A stretch of 64,000 bases of DNA from Planctomycetota bacterium (GTDB lineage Bacteria; Planctomycetota; SZUA-567; H5-PLA8): contig JBBRPR010000007.1 in assembly GCA_038227875.1 (NCBI GenBank), positions 151,838 to 215,837 of the forward strand. The letters are read 5' to 3'. The position numbers and the translations under genes were made by a program. The notes under the pieces were generated by a model. That model ran no database searches and was not told where the DNA came from. It saw nothing but the letters and a program-made list of their open reading frames with translations. Position 1 is the stretch's first letter. Each line of letters opens with the position of its first letter. Below are positions 49,216 to 58,223 of this stretch, in pieces.

Positions 49216-50058
49216 CTAAATGGAATTCAACCGATGCAATGCCTGCCGCGACTGAACCAACGACCGCCAGCACACATCCGACTTCATTCCCGACAACGCC
49301 AACAGGGCGGCGGGCAGCGCATCGTCGCGGCTGCCCGCGCGCTGCGCTTCGTGTGCAATCAGATTGGCAAGCATCAGCACCGAGCGGACGACGCGCTGGG
49401 GATCGGTCGCCTCCGGCATGGTGTGATGATCGCGCACCAAATCCGTCAGGGTCTGCGGCAGATTCCAGCGCTCCAGCACCGCGCCACCCAGGCGCGCGTG
49501 ATGAGTGCCAAAGAAATCCATCTCGCGCCAGGTCAAATCGGCGCCGCGCAGCAGACCGTTTTCGGTGAGCATCGCGTACTGCGGCGTCACCTTGTAAAGA
49601 ATCAGTTTTCCGATGTCGTGGAGAATCCCGGCGCTCATCAGTTCGTCCGCGCCGCTGGGCAGGCTGTGCGCGCTCAATTCGCGGGCGATCACACCGACTT
49701 CCAGCGAATGCTTCCACAGTCGTTCATTGAATGGAGACCAGACCGCGCCCGCGCCGAACAGTTCCTTGGCCTTCAACGCCGCCGCGATCGACCAGACTTC
49801 CGTGTAGCCGATGCGGAAGACCGCCTCATCGATGCTGCGCAGCGAGCGGTTCATGCCGTAGGCTGCGGAGTTCGAAACGCGCAGCACCTGGGCGGCCAGC
49901 GACGGGTCGGAGGTCAGGGTCTGGGTCAGCTCGCTGGCCGGCCGCTCGTTGTTCTCCAGCAACTGGCTCAGCTTGATGAACACCTGCGGACAGACCGGAA
50001 GTTGCAGATCCCGCGAGAGCAGGTCATCCAGTTCGACAGGTATGGTGCGTTGCAGCAT
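49216..50058 (-). CDS. HDOD domain protein
   Basis: LP..P, DPSLAAQVLRVSNSAAY, SIDEAVFRIG, LWKHS, AGILHDIGK, E...G.HH..LG..VL..WNLP. Confidence 0.9.
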   Translation of the reverse strand: MLQRTIPVELDDLLSRDLQLPVCPQVFIKLSQLLENNERPASELTQTLTSDPSLAAQVLRVSNSAAYGMNRSLRSIDEAVFRIGYTEVWSIAAALKAKELFGAGAVWSPFNERLWKHSLEVGVIARELSAHSLPSGADELMSAGILHDIGKLILYKVTPQYAMLTENGLLRGADLTWREMDFFGTHHARLGGAVLERWNLPQTLTDLVRDHHTMPEATDPQRVVRSVLMLANLIAHEAQRAGSRDDALPAALLALSGMKSDVCWRSLVQSRQALHRLNSI

Positions 50059-50081
50059 GGCAGACAACCTTGAATTTTATA

Positions 50082-50263
50082 GTCCGACTAACTTCCCAAT
50101 CACTGTCTAACAAATCGGACAGAAGTAGGCACAGTTAAGGGGTGGGCTGAAAATTCCGTACGATTATTTTTCGGGTGTGCGGCGCATGGGACAATCGGAC
50201 ACCATTTAGGTGAGCGAGGATTCGGACAGCCGTAGAGCGCTCAGGACACACGTGCAATCGGAC
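50082..50263. promoter_or_regulatory. Cluster of TCGGAC(A) boxes including dyad CTGTCTAA-N4-TCGGACAG
   Basis: Boxes at 50082 (reverse), 50115, 50195, 50222, 50258, with variants at 50187 and 50242. Confidence 0.5.
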
Positions 50264-50372
50264 GATGCTGCCGAATTCCATTGAAACTTCGACCAAATTT
50301 GAGGCACAATGTAATCATCTTATCAGCGATCCAACTGGCTGGGCCGTCTCACCAGACTAAGGAAGAATAAGC

Positions 50373-51440
50373 ATGGCCACCAAAAAGAAGCGATCAACGT
50401 TACCAAAAGACTTCGAAGATCTGTTGAAAAGTGGTGCTGACCTGCAAGCGCTCCAACGCGTCTTCGATTCCTGCGAGATTGACGCTCGAGGCGGATATTC
50501 GCAGGAAACGGCCCTGCTCATGCCGAACTGCCCGGACATGTTGGCACGTTGGCTGGTCGAGCAGGGGGCCGACTTGAAGGCCGTTGATCGATATGGAAAG
50601 AGCGCGTTGCATATCGCAGCGGGTACCAGACGAGACATTTCGTTGCTCCTCGAGCTTGGTTGTGACGTGAAGGCAATCACTCCGTCCGGTGATACTCCGC
50701 TACACACCGCTGCAGATGCAAAGAATCTCACAACAGTTGAACGCCTGTTAGCGGCCGGCGCGGAAGTCAACGCCACCAACCGGGAAGGGTTAACGCCGCT
50801 CGAACAAGGACTTTGGGGATGCACAAATATCGAGATTGAGCGAATCGTGTCAATAGCGCACACGCTCCTCAAGGCAGGCACACGCCGGACAACCCGGATG
50901 AACGAGTTCGTGCTAAAAATCGGCGAGAACTTTGAATTCCATCGCGCGGCATTCGCCAAGAACTCGGTAGAGGCAACCAGCGAAGCGCTAATTGCGCTCT
51001 GTCAAATCTTTGGCGTCCAACCGCCTCCTCGCCGAGTTATGCACGACGGAAAATCGGAAATCACAGTACGTCCGGGGCGGTGGCAACAGCAACACGGCGA
51101 ACTTTGGGAATTGCTTGTTCCTTCGAAAGGCCCCGCTGCGACCGTGCAGGGAGAAGTCATTCGCATCAGTGGGCGCATTGGCGATGAAATCTCACGCAAT
51201 GGCGGCGGCAACTGGGACGCTGATTATACAAAGATGTCGCGGACGTTAATAGAATTCATTCGTGGCGGAAAGCCACTTGTTGAGAACGACATACGAAAAG
51301 CCGAAGAGATAGTTGAGGAGATTGTGGCGAAGCGCGGAGGGGGTGATCACGACCATTCCCGACTTGCCGAGTTCGCCGTCGAGTGGGTGCGACAAAATCC
51401 GCAATCACAAAGACTGGGAAATGTCGCATACAAGCGTTGA
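50373..51440 (+). CDS. Ankyrin-repeat protein with extra C-terminal domain
   Basis: GKSALHIAA, GDTPLHTAA, GLTPL, LLAAGAEVNA. C-terminal LWELLVPSKG.A.TVQGEVIRI. Lower GC. Confidence 0.88.
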   Translation: MATKKKRSTLPKDFEDLLKSGADLQALQRVFDSCEIDARGGYSQETALLMPNCPDMLARWLVEQGADLKAVDRYGKSALHIAAGTRRDISLLLELGCDVKAITPSGDTPLHTAADAKNLTTVERLLAAGAEVNATNREGLTPLEQGLWGCTNIEIERIVSIAHTLLKAGTRRTTRMNEFVLKIGENFEFHRAAFAKNSVEATSEALIALCQIFGVQPPPRRVMHDGKSEITVRPGRWQQQHGELWELLVPSKGPAATVQGEVIRISGRIGDEISRNGGGNWDADYTKMSRTLIEFIRGGKPLVENDIRKAEEIVEEIVAKRGGGDHDHSRLAEFAVEWVRQNPQSQRLGNVAYKR

Positions 51441-51562
51441 AATCAACATCATAAGGCAACTTTACCTTATGGTCAGCGCGTGAGGTGGGCAAACAAACTC
51501 GCTCTCTCCCTTTTGACGGAAGAGAGCGCGATTGCGAGGTAAAAGTGCGAACCGCCGTCAAT

Positions 51563-51603
51563 TGACCAATGAAAAATGACCGATGCCCAATGACCAATGA
51601 CTC
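51563..51603. repeat. Solo right arm of the CCAATGA heptamer element
   Basis: TGACCAATGAAAAATGACCGATGCCCAATGACCAATGACTC, near-identical to 46027-46068. Confidence 0.75.
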
Positions 51604-51606
51604 AGT

Positions 51607-54150
51607 TCAACTCCGGCAAAACACCCTGAAATCCATCTGATCTCCCGCAAACAACGTGTCCGCTGCCTCCAACGTCGCGAGGTACTGCATGTTGATCTCG
51701 CGGATCGCAATCTGCCTCAGGAGTTCCTTGGCGCGATCGATGTGCTTGATCAGACGCACTTCCGCGTAGCGGCTGCTCTGGTCCATGGAAATCAGGAACG
51801 GCCAGTCGCTCGACTGCGCCAGCATCATCTCGCGCGCCGCCTGGTTGAGCGCCCGGGCCTCAAGGCCCGTCGCGTCCTTGCGGTCGGTGGCCAGAGCCGA
51901 CATCTCGTTGCTGATCCGGAAGAGGTGCCGGTAGACCCACGTGTTCGGACGGAACGTGCGGCCGTCCAGCCACGTTTCGAACGTCGCCTTCTTGCCCCAC
52001 GTCGACGCGCCGGGCATCAGCAGTTGGTGTCGCGAATGTTCCGCCAGGAATTCCGTCGGCGTCACCGGACGCACTTCCGACTGGTCGCAGCACATCTTTC
52101 GGAAAACGGTCTCGATCCAGTGCGGACCTTCCTCCCACCAGTGGCCGAACAGTTCCGCGTCGTATGCGGAAACGGCGATCGGCTTGGTCTTGTATTTACT
52201 CCGCAGGAAATTCGCCTGCGTCCCGCGGTGGAAGACAAACTGCCCCGCCTGTTCGTTGACCGCGTCCCACGCCCAGCCCGGGTTGTACGGCTGCTTCTCG
52301 TTCAGCGCCGACGTCTTGCTCGTGATGCGATAATACTTCAGCCCCGTGTTGCGGCGGACATTGGCGGTCTTGAAATACTCGGGGAGATAATCCCAGCCCG
52401 CGTCGTACCCCAGGTCGCGGTACCACTCCTTGTAGCGCGGGTCGCCCGGATAACCGGCCTCTCGGCTCCAGACCTGAGCACGCGTGTCTTCATCGATCCC
52501 AAACACCGCGAGATTGTTGTGCGTCACCACCGGCCGGTAGGTGTTGAACCACGAGCGCGTGTTGCCGCGCGTGATGCCGGTGGAATTCATGATCGTCCAC
52601 TTGATGCCTTCGGCCGCGAGGAAATGGTCCAGCCCTGGCGTGAACGCATTTTCAGGCAGCCACATGCCGCGCGGCCAGCGCCCAAAAATGCCCTGGTACT
52701 GGCGGCAGGCGAGCTGAATGTGGCCGCGCACGATCTCCGGGGAATGCAGGTAGTACGGCAGGATCGGATGCGTGCCGGCGCAGATCATCACTTCCAGCTT
52801 GCCCATGTCCTGGAAGTCGCGGAAGCCGTTCAGAATATTTCCGCCGTACGCTTCGAACACTTTCCGGGCGTTGTGCAGACGGTCGAGAATCGTTTCGATC
52901 GTGTGCTGGAACACCTTGCCCTTGTTGTTGTGCAGTTCCTTCTCGGCCAGCCGGATCGATTCGTGCAGGAAGACGCGGTAGCGATCCTGCAGCGGTTCGT
53001 CGCAGAGCATGCTCATCAGCGGCGCGGAGATGGAAACTGTAAGGCGGAAGTCGATCTTGTCGCGCTCCAGGTTCCACATCATCTTCAGCAGCGGCGCGTA
53101 GCAGCTCGTGATCGCCTCAAACAACCACTGCTCTTCCAGTGCGACCGGGTATTCCAAGTGCCGCACGAACGGCAGATGCATGTGCAGGATCAGTGCCCAG
53201 TAACCGCTCTCTTCCTTCTTTTCGGTGCTGCGGCGTTTCCAGTATTCGTACACGTTGAAACGCCAGTCGTTCTTGTCGACAGGAATGATCTGGCCTTCGT
53301 AGTCGACCTTGATCTCACGCGTGTCGCCCTGAGTCTCGTGCTTCATCTCCACTTCCGGCAGCGAGCGGAATCGATTCGAGACGGCGACCGGTTCAAAAAA
53401 CTTCGTGCCCTTCGCGCGGTAGCCCAGCTCCGCTTCGTGTTCGACATCGGGCTCGATCTTGATCCAGTAACTGTTCTTCGCATCGAGGTAGTCTTCGATG
53501 TCCCACGTGTGCCCGGTGTCGGTACGGCGGATGCGCAGCACGAGATAATTGTGATCGAAGAAATTCTGCCCATACTTCTGCTTCAGATGTTCGCGCGCGC
53601 CGGAGCTCACTTCGTAAAAGATGAACGCATGGCGCGCGTTCGCGACCAGCCCATACAGATACGTCTGATTGTACTGCTCGCCGATGAACGGCTCGTTCTT
53701 CAAAATCTGTTCGGCAAGGTCGGAGTCAATGGGCGGCGGCAGTGGGTCCTCATGTCCGTGCTCAGTCGTATCCTCGTGCGCCGATTCAAATTCAGGCCGG
53801 CGCGAGTGCGGCCGCACGTCCTCGGGCTCACCGGTCATCTGCGGCACGGGTACGGGCGTAGCGGCGGGCGTGGTCACGGGCTCCTTGCTGAGCGGCAGAG
53901 TCTCGTTGGTGATCTCGGTGGACTTCACAACCTTGGTCTTGGCCGGCTTGGCAGCTTTGGCCGGGCGCACGGACTTCGGCGCTTTCGGAACGTCCTTCAC
54001 TACCCGCGCAGCGGGGGCGGCAGGTGCGGGCGCTGAAACCGCGGCGACGGGCTTGCCTTTCTTCGCAGCGCTCTTTTCGGCCGTGCGCGGCGCGTGTCCA
54101 TTGGCACCGGACTCCTTCGCCAACGGCGGATTCTTGCGGCGGGACGCCAT
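51607..54150 (-). CDS. GH57 1,4-alpha-glucan branching enzyme with N-terminal low-complexity tail and DUF4912-like domain
   Basis: HMHLPFVRH, EQWLFEA, WLPE (nucleophile), YDAELFGHWW (acid/base), QAARE.MLAQSSDWPF. Alternative start 54189. Confidence 0.9.
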   Translation of the reverse strand: MASRRKNPPLAKESGANGHAPRTAEKSAAKKGKPVAAVSAPAPAAPAARVVKDVPKAPKSVRPAKAAKPAKTKVVKSTEITNETLPLSKEPVTTPAATPVPVPQMTGEPEDVRPHSRRPEFESAHEDTTEHGHEDPLPPPIDSDLAEQILKNEPFIGEQYNQTYLYGLVANARHAFIFYEVSSGAREHLKQKYGQNFFDHNYLVLRIRRTDTGHTWDIEDYLDAKNSYWIKIEPDVEHEAELGYRAKGTKFFEPVAVSNRFRSLPEVEMKHETQGDTREIKVDYEGQIIPVDKNDWRFNVYEYWKRRSTEKKEESGYWALILHMHLPFVRHLEYPVALEEQWLFEAITSCYAPLLKMMWNLERDKIDFRLTVSISAPLMSMLCDEPLQDRYRVFLHESIRLAEKELHNNKGKVFQHTIETILDRLHNARKVFEAYGGNILNGFRDFQDMGKLEVMICAGTHPILPYYLHSPEIVRGHIQLACRQYQGIFGRWPRGMWLPENAFTPGLDHFLAAEGIKWTIMNSTGITRGNTRSWFNTYRPVVTHNNLAVFGIDEDTRAQVWSREAGYPGDPRYKEWYRDLGYDAGWDYLPEYFKTANVRRNTGLKYYRITSKTSALNEKQPYNPGWAWDAVNEQAGQFVFHRGTQANFLRSKYKTKPIAVSAYDAELFGHWWEEGPHWIETVFRKMCCDQSEVRPVTPTEFLAEHSRHQLLMPGASTWGKKATFETWLDGRTFRPNTWVYRHLFRISNEMSALATDRKDATGLEARALNQAAREMMLAQSSDWPFLISMDQSSRYAEVRLIKHIDRAKELLRQIAIREINMQYLATLEAADTLFAGDQMDFRVFCRS

Positions 54151-54196
54151 CTCTTTGTTCCTCTCCGACCCGGCTTTGCGCTTATTCATTCAACTC

Positions 54197-56305
54197 TCAA
54201 TCCTGGAGCGGTGAAATTAAAATGACCGCCGTACGCGGCGTCAATATATAGTGATCCGCCGGTTTCAACGGCACTGCGTTCTGTTCCGGAACAATGTCCT
54301 GCGGCGTCGGCAGCCCCGTGTCCACCAGGCGCCTCCAGCGCCAGCGGCCTTCGTGCGGCGGGATCATGAACTTCTTGTTTTCCCAGTGCCCGTTGAACAT
54401 CACGTACAGATCCGGCTGCGCATGCCAACCATGCATTTGGAATGCCAGCGTGCGGCTGATCCCCGTCCAATCCGGATCGCCGACCTTGATGCCATGCCAC
54501 GTCACGCGATTGCAGAACTGCTCGCGGTTCAGCGCGAAGTACTGCTTGCGCAGCGCGATCATCAACTGCGTGAAGCGCAGCAGCCCCGCGTTCTTCTGCA
54601 TCAATGACCAATCCATCCACGACAATTCATTGTCCTGACAATACGCATTGTTGTTGCCACTCTGCGTGCGTCCGAATTCATCGCCTTGAGACAACAGCGG
54701 CACACCCTGCGAAATGAGCAGCATGGTCAAAAAGTTGCGCATCTGCCGCTGGCGCGTGGCGAGAACGATCGGGTCGTCCGTCTCGCCTTCCACGCCGCAA
54801 TTCCAACTGATGTTGTCGCTCCACCCGTCCTGATTTTTCTCGCCGTTGGCCAGATTGTGTTTCTGCGAGTAGCTCACCAGGTCGTTGAGCGTAAAGCCGT
54901 CGTGACAGGTGATGAAGTTGATCGAATGGTATGGATGCCGCGACGAGTCACCGTAAATATCGAGGCTCCCGCAGATGCGCTTGGCAATCGCGGAGGCCGC
55001 GCCAGGCTCGCTGCGGATGAACCGGCGCGTGTCGTCGCGGTAGACGCCGTTAAGCTCCGCCCAGCGCCCCCAGACGGGAAATTTCCCGAGCTGCGAAAGT
55101 CCGGCCGCGTCCCACGCCTCGGCGATCAGCTTCGATCCCGCCAGCAACGGATGCTCGGCAATGTGCTGAATCAGCGGCGGATCCTGCAGCACTTCGCCAT
55201 TCGGCCCGCGCCCCAGAATCGAGGCCAGATCGAAACGGAACCCGTCGACATGCATTTCCGCCACGAGGTACGTCAAGCTGTCGATGATCAGGTCGCGGAC
55301 CAGCGGATGGTTGCAATTGAGCGTGTTGCCGCAGCCGGAAAAATTGTAGTACCGGCCGGTCTTGTCGAGCATGTAATAGATTGAGTTATCCAGCCCGCGA
55401 AAACTGATCGTCGGTCCGTTCTCGTTGCCTTCCGACGTGTGATTGTAGACCACATCGAGAATCACTTCGATGCCGGCGCGATGGAAGGTCTTCACCATCT
55501 CTTTGAATTCGCGGACCTGTTCGCCGGGGCTCACCGCGTACGAGGCCTTCGGCGCGAAGAACGACATCGGCGCGTAGCCCCAGTAATTCTTCAACTGCTC
55601 GCCGGTCTGCGGATTTTTATGCGTCTGGTCGAGCTCATCGAATTCCAGGATCGGCATCAGCTGCACCGCTGTGATGCCCAGCTGCTTGAGATGCGGAATT
55701 TTCTCGCACAGTCCCAGGAACGTCCCCGGGTTCTTCACCTCCGACGACGGATGCTGCGTGTACCCGCGCACGTGAAGTTCGTAGAGCACCGTCTGCGCCA
55801 TCGGCGTCGAGAGCGGCACGTCGCCTTCCCAATCAAAATCATCGAACACCAGCCGCCCGCGCCGGGTCAGGTGTCCGCCGTGCGGACCATGCGGCACATC
55901 CGGCACGCCCCACTGCGACCCGCCGCTGATCGCGCGCGCGTACGGATCGATCACGATGGCCGTGGGATCAAAGCGGTGCCCGGCTTTCGGCGCGAACATG
56001 CCGTTGACGCGGTAGGCGTAGAGCATGTCGGGCTTCACATCGAACACGAAAATATGCCAGATGTCGCCGGTCTTGTGGCTGGCCGCTTCGAGCGGGATCT
56101 CAGCGATCGGTTCTTCCTGGTCGGACGTGTACAGCAGCAGCGTCACTTCCGTCGCATGGCGCGAAAAAATCGCAAAGTTCACACCCCGCGGCCGCACCGT
56201 CGCCCCAAATGGGCGCCCATGACCACGATCGGTGGCAAAGGTGATCTTACTGACAACGCTTTCGCGCAATCCGGAGGTCCTGGCTTCAGAAAGAGTGCCC
56301 GACAT
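54197..56305 (-). CDS. glgX: Glycogen debranching enzyme (isoamylase, GH13)
   Basis: GVNFAIFS, NYWGY, DVVYNHT, DGFRFDLAS, AEAWD, NFITCHDGFTL, GNNNAYCQDN. Confidence 0.97.
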   Translation of the reverse strand: MSGTLSEARTSGLRESVVSKITFATDRGHGRPFGATVRPRGVNFAIFSRHATEVTLLLYTSDQEEPIAEIPLEAASHKTGDIWHIFVFDVKPDMLYAYRVNGMFAPKAGHRFDPTAIVIDPYARAISGGSQWGVPDVPHGPHGGHLTRRGRLVFDDFDWEGDVPLSTPMAQTVLYELHVRGYTQHPSSEVKNPGTFLGLCEKIPHLKQLGITAVQLMPILEFDELDQTHKNPQTGEQLKNYWGYAPMSFFAPKASYAVSPGEQVREFKEMVKTFHRAGIEVILDVVYNHTSEGNENGPTISFRGLDNSIYYMLDKTGRYYNFSGCGNTLNCNHPLVRDLIIDSLTYLVAEMHVDGFRFDLASILGRGPNGEVLQDPPLIQHIAEHPLLAGSKLIAEAWDAAGLSQLGKFPVWGRWAELNGVYRDDTRRFIRSEPGAASAIAKRICGSLDIYGDSSRHPYHSINFITCHDGFTLNDLVSYSQKHNLANGEKNQDGWSDNISWNCGVEGETDDPIVLATRQRQMRNFLTMLLISQGVPLLSQGDEFGRTQSGNNNAYCQDNELSWMDWSLMQKNAGLLRFTQLMIALRKQYFALNREQFCNRVTWHGIKVGDPDWTGISRTLAFQMHGWHAQPDLYVMFNGHWENKKFMIPPHEGRWRWRRLVDTGLPTPQDIVPEQNAVPLKPADHYILTPRTAVILISPLQD

Positions 56306-56386
56306 TGAGAACGGCCCTTGGTTTGATCGAAACTACCACTGCGCAGCATCGTACGTTCGAATCCCCACGTTCGCCAGCGCGCTAAA

Positions 56387-56601
56387 GCGCGAGGGGTCAG
56401 GGGCCAGGGGTCAGGGGCCAGAGCAGACACGCCTATCGAACATGCCGTCCTATCTCTGCTTTAAAAATCTCTCAACTGAACCGCCGCCCCTGCCATCTAT
56501 AACTGTCTTCTAAACTCCCCCCAAAGGCAGAAGCCACTCCCGACCTCGCCCTGCGCCGGCTCTATTCTGACCCCTGGCCCCTGACCCCTGACCCCTCGCG
56601 C
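56387..56601. repeat. Inverted CAGGGGT/ACCCCTG heptamer arrays around a ~140-bp spacer
   Basis: GCGCGAGGGGTCAGGGGCCAGGGGTCAGGGGCC ... CTGACCCCTGGCCCCTGACCCCTGACCCCTCGCGC. Confidence 0.8.
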
Positions 56602-56602
56602 G

Positions 56603-58203
56603 TTAGCGCGGCGCCCCGCTGCAATACAGCTCATAATCCAACTCCGGAAACACCGCGTCCATGTACTCCAGCGTCGCCAACCGCTCCTCGTCATACGCGT
56701 GCTTTTCAAACCCGCTGATCAGATCGTGAAACCGGTTCAGATGGTCCGCGAACCGCCGCCGCGCGTACTGCTCCGTCGTGCCGTTGGTGATGATGAACGG
56801 CCAATCCGAACTCTGCGCCAGCAGCAGTTCTCGCGCCGCCTGGCAGAGCACCCGCTTGTCGAAGGCGCTGAGCGTCTGCGCTTTCGCCGAGTCCGCGTTG
56901 CGGCGCATCAGCACCGCCGCTTCGTGAAGAGGCCGCCACATCCAATCGGTCTTCGGATTCACCCAATGCTCGCTGTACCCGTTGCGCCCCCAACTGCTCG
57001 GCGCCGGCGTCGCCTGCTGCTGAATGGATAAGCGGAGAGGTATTCGCCTGGCGTGCCGACCGCCAGGTCGCCGCCGTTTTGATGGACTTCGCGCAGTACG
57101 TAGTAAATCCACTGCGGCCCTTCGAACCACCAGTGCCCGAACAACTCCGCGTCATACGGCGAAACAATGATCGCCGGAAACGGCATCCGCGACGACGCGC
57201 GCTGAACCTGCTCGCGGCAGCGCCCCACAAAATCTCGCGCCTGCCGCTCCGCCGTCTCGCGACCGCGGTCGGGATTGTACAGATGCTTGTCGTTGGTCGC
57301 ACCCGTGATGCGGTGGTATTTGAAGCCCGTGTGCGTCCGCACGTTTTTAGCGTACTGAAATTCCTCGAGGTAACTCTGGTCCAGATCAAAGCCGATGTCG
57401 CGGTGGTATTCGCGGTAACTGGGATCGCCCGGGTACCCGACCTTATCGGACCAGACCAGCCGCGACGTCGTCGGGCTGCGCCCAAACGCCGCCACGCCGC
57501 TGTTGCAATACAGTGGCGCATTGATTCCGAACAACGGTTTGGGATCCGCGTGCTCGATGCCGTGCGCGTCGGTGAAGAAATAGCGGATGCCCGCCTCCGC
57601 CAGAATCGCATCGACGCCCGGATAGTACGCGCACTCCGGCAGCCACATCCCCGCCGGTTTCTTCCCGAAGAGCCGTTCGTGTTCCGCGACCGCCAGAAAA
57701 ATCTGCGCCCGCACCGACGACGGTTCGGAACTCAACAGCGGCAGAAACCCATGCGTCCCCGCGCAGGTAATCAGCTCCAGATTGCCGGAGGCTGCGTACT
57801 CCTTAAAAACGTTGAGCACCTGCAGGCCGCAGCGGTTGACGAAGCATTCCTTCGCTTCCGAAAACAGCGTCCAGTACATCTTCGAGAGCGCATTGACGTC
57901 CGGCCAGTGCTTCGTCCGCTCAATCTCCCGCTCCGCCAGCCGCAAGCTCATCTCGATATGCTGAACGTAGCGGTCCTGCAGCAGCGGATCGTTGAGCATC
58001 GCCGCCAGTGGCGGAGAAACGGAGAGCGTCAGCTTGAAATTAATCTTCTCATCCCGCATCCGATCAAAAAACTTGATCAGCGGAATATACGTTTCCGAAA
58101 GCGCCTCGAACAACCAGCGCTCCTCCAGAAACCGATCATACTCCGGATGCCGCACGTAAGGCAGATGCGCGTGCAGCACGAAGCTGAGATAGCCCTTTGG
58201 CAT
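56603..58203 (-). pseudogene. GH57 branching enzyme (~533 aa) split by a 1-bp deletion near 57026 (pseudogene or sequencing error)
   Basis: Starts MPKGYLSFVLHAHLPYVRH, with WLPE and YDAELFGHWW in one frame and SSWG, QAARELLLAQSSDWPF in another. Adding one base restores EYLSAYPIQQQATPAPSSWG. Confidence 0.88.
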
Positions 58204-58223
58204 TTTGTCAGCTCCCCAGCGCG

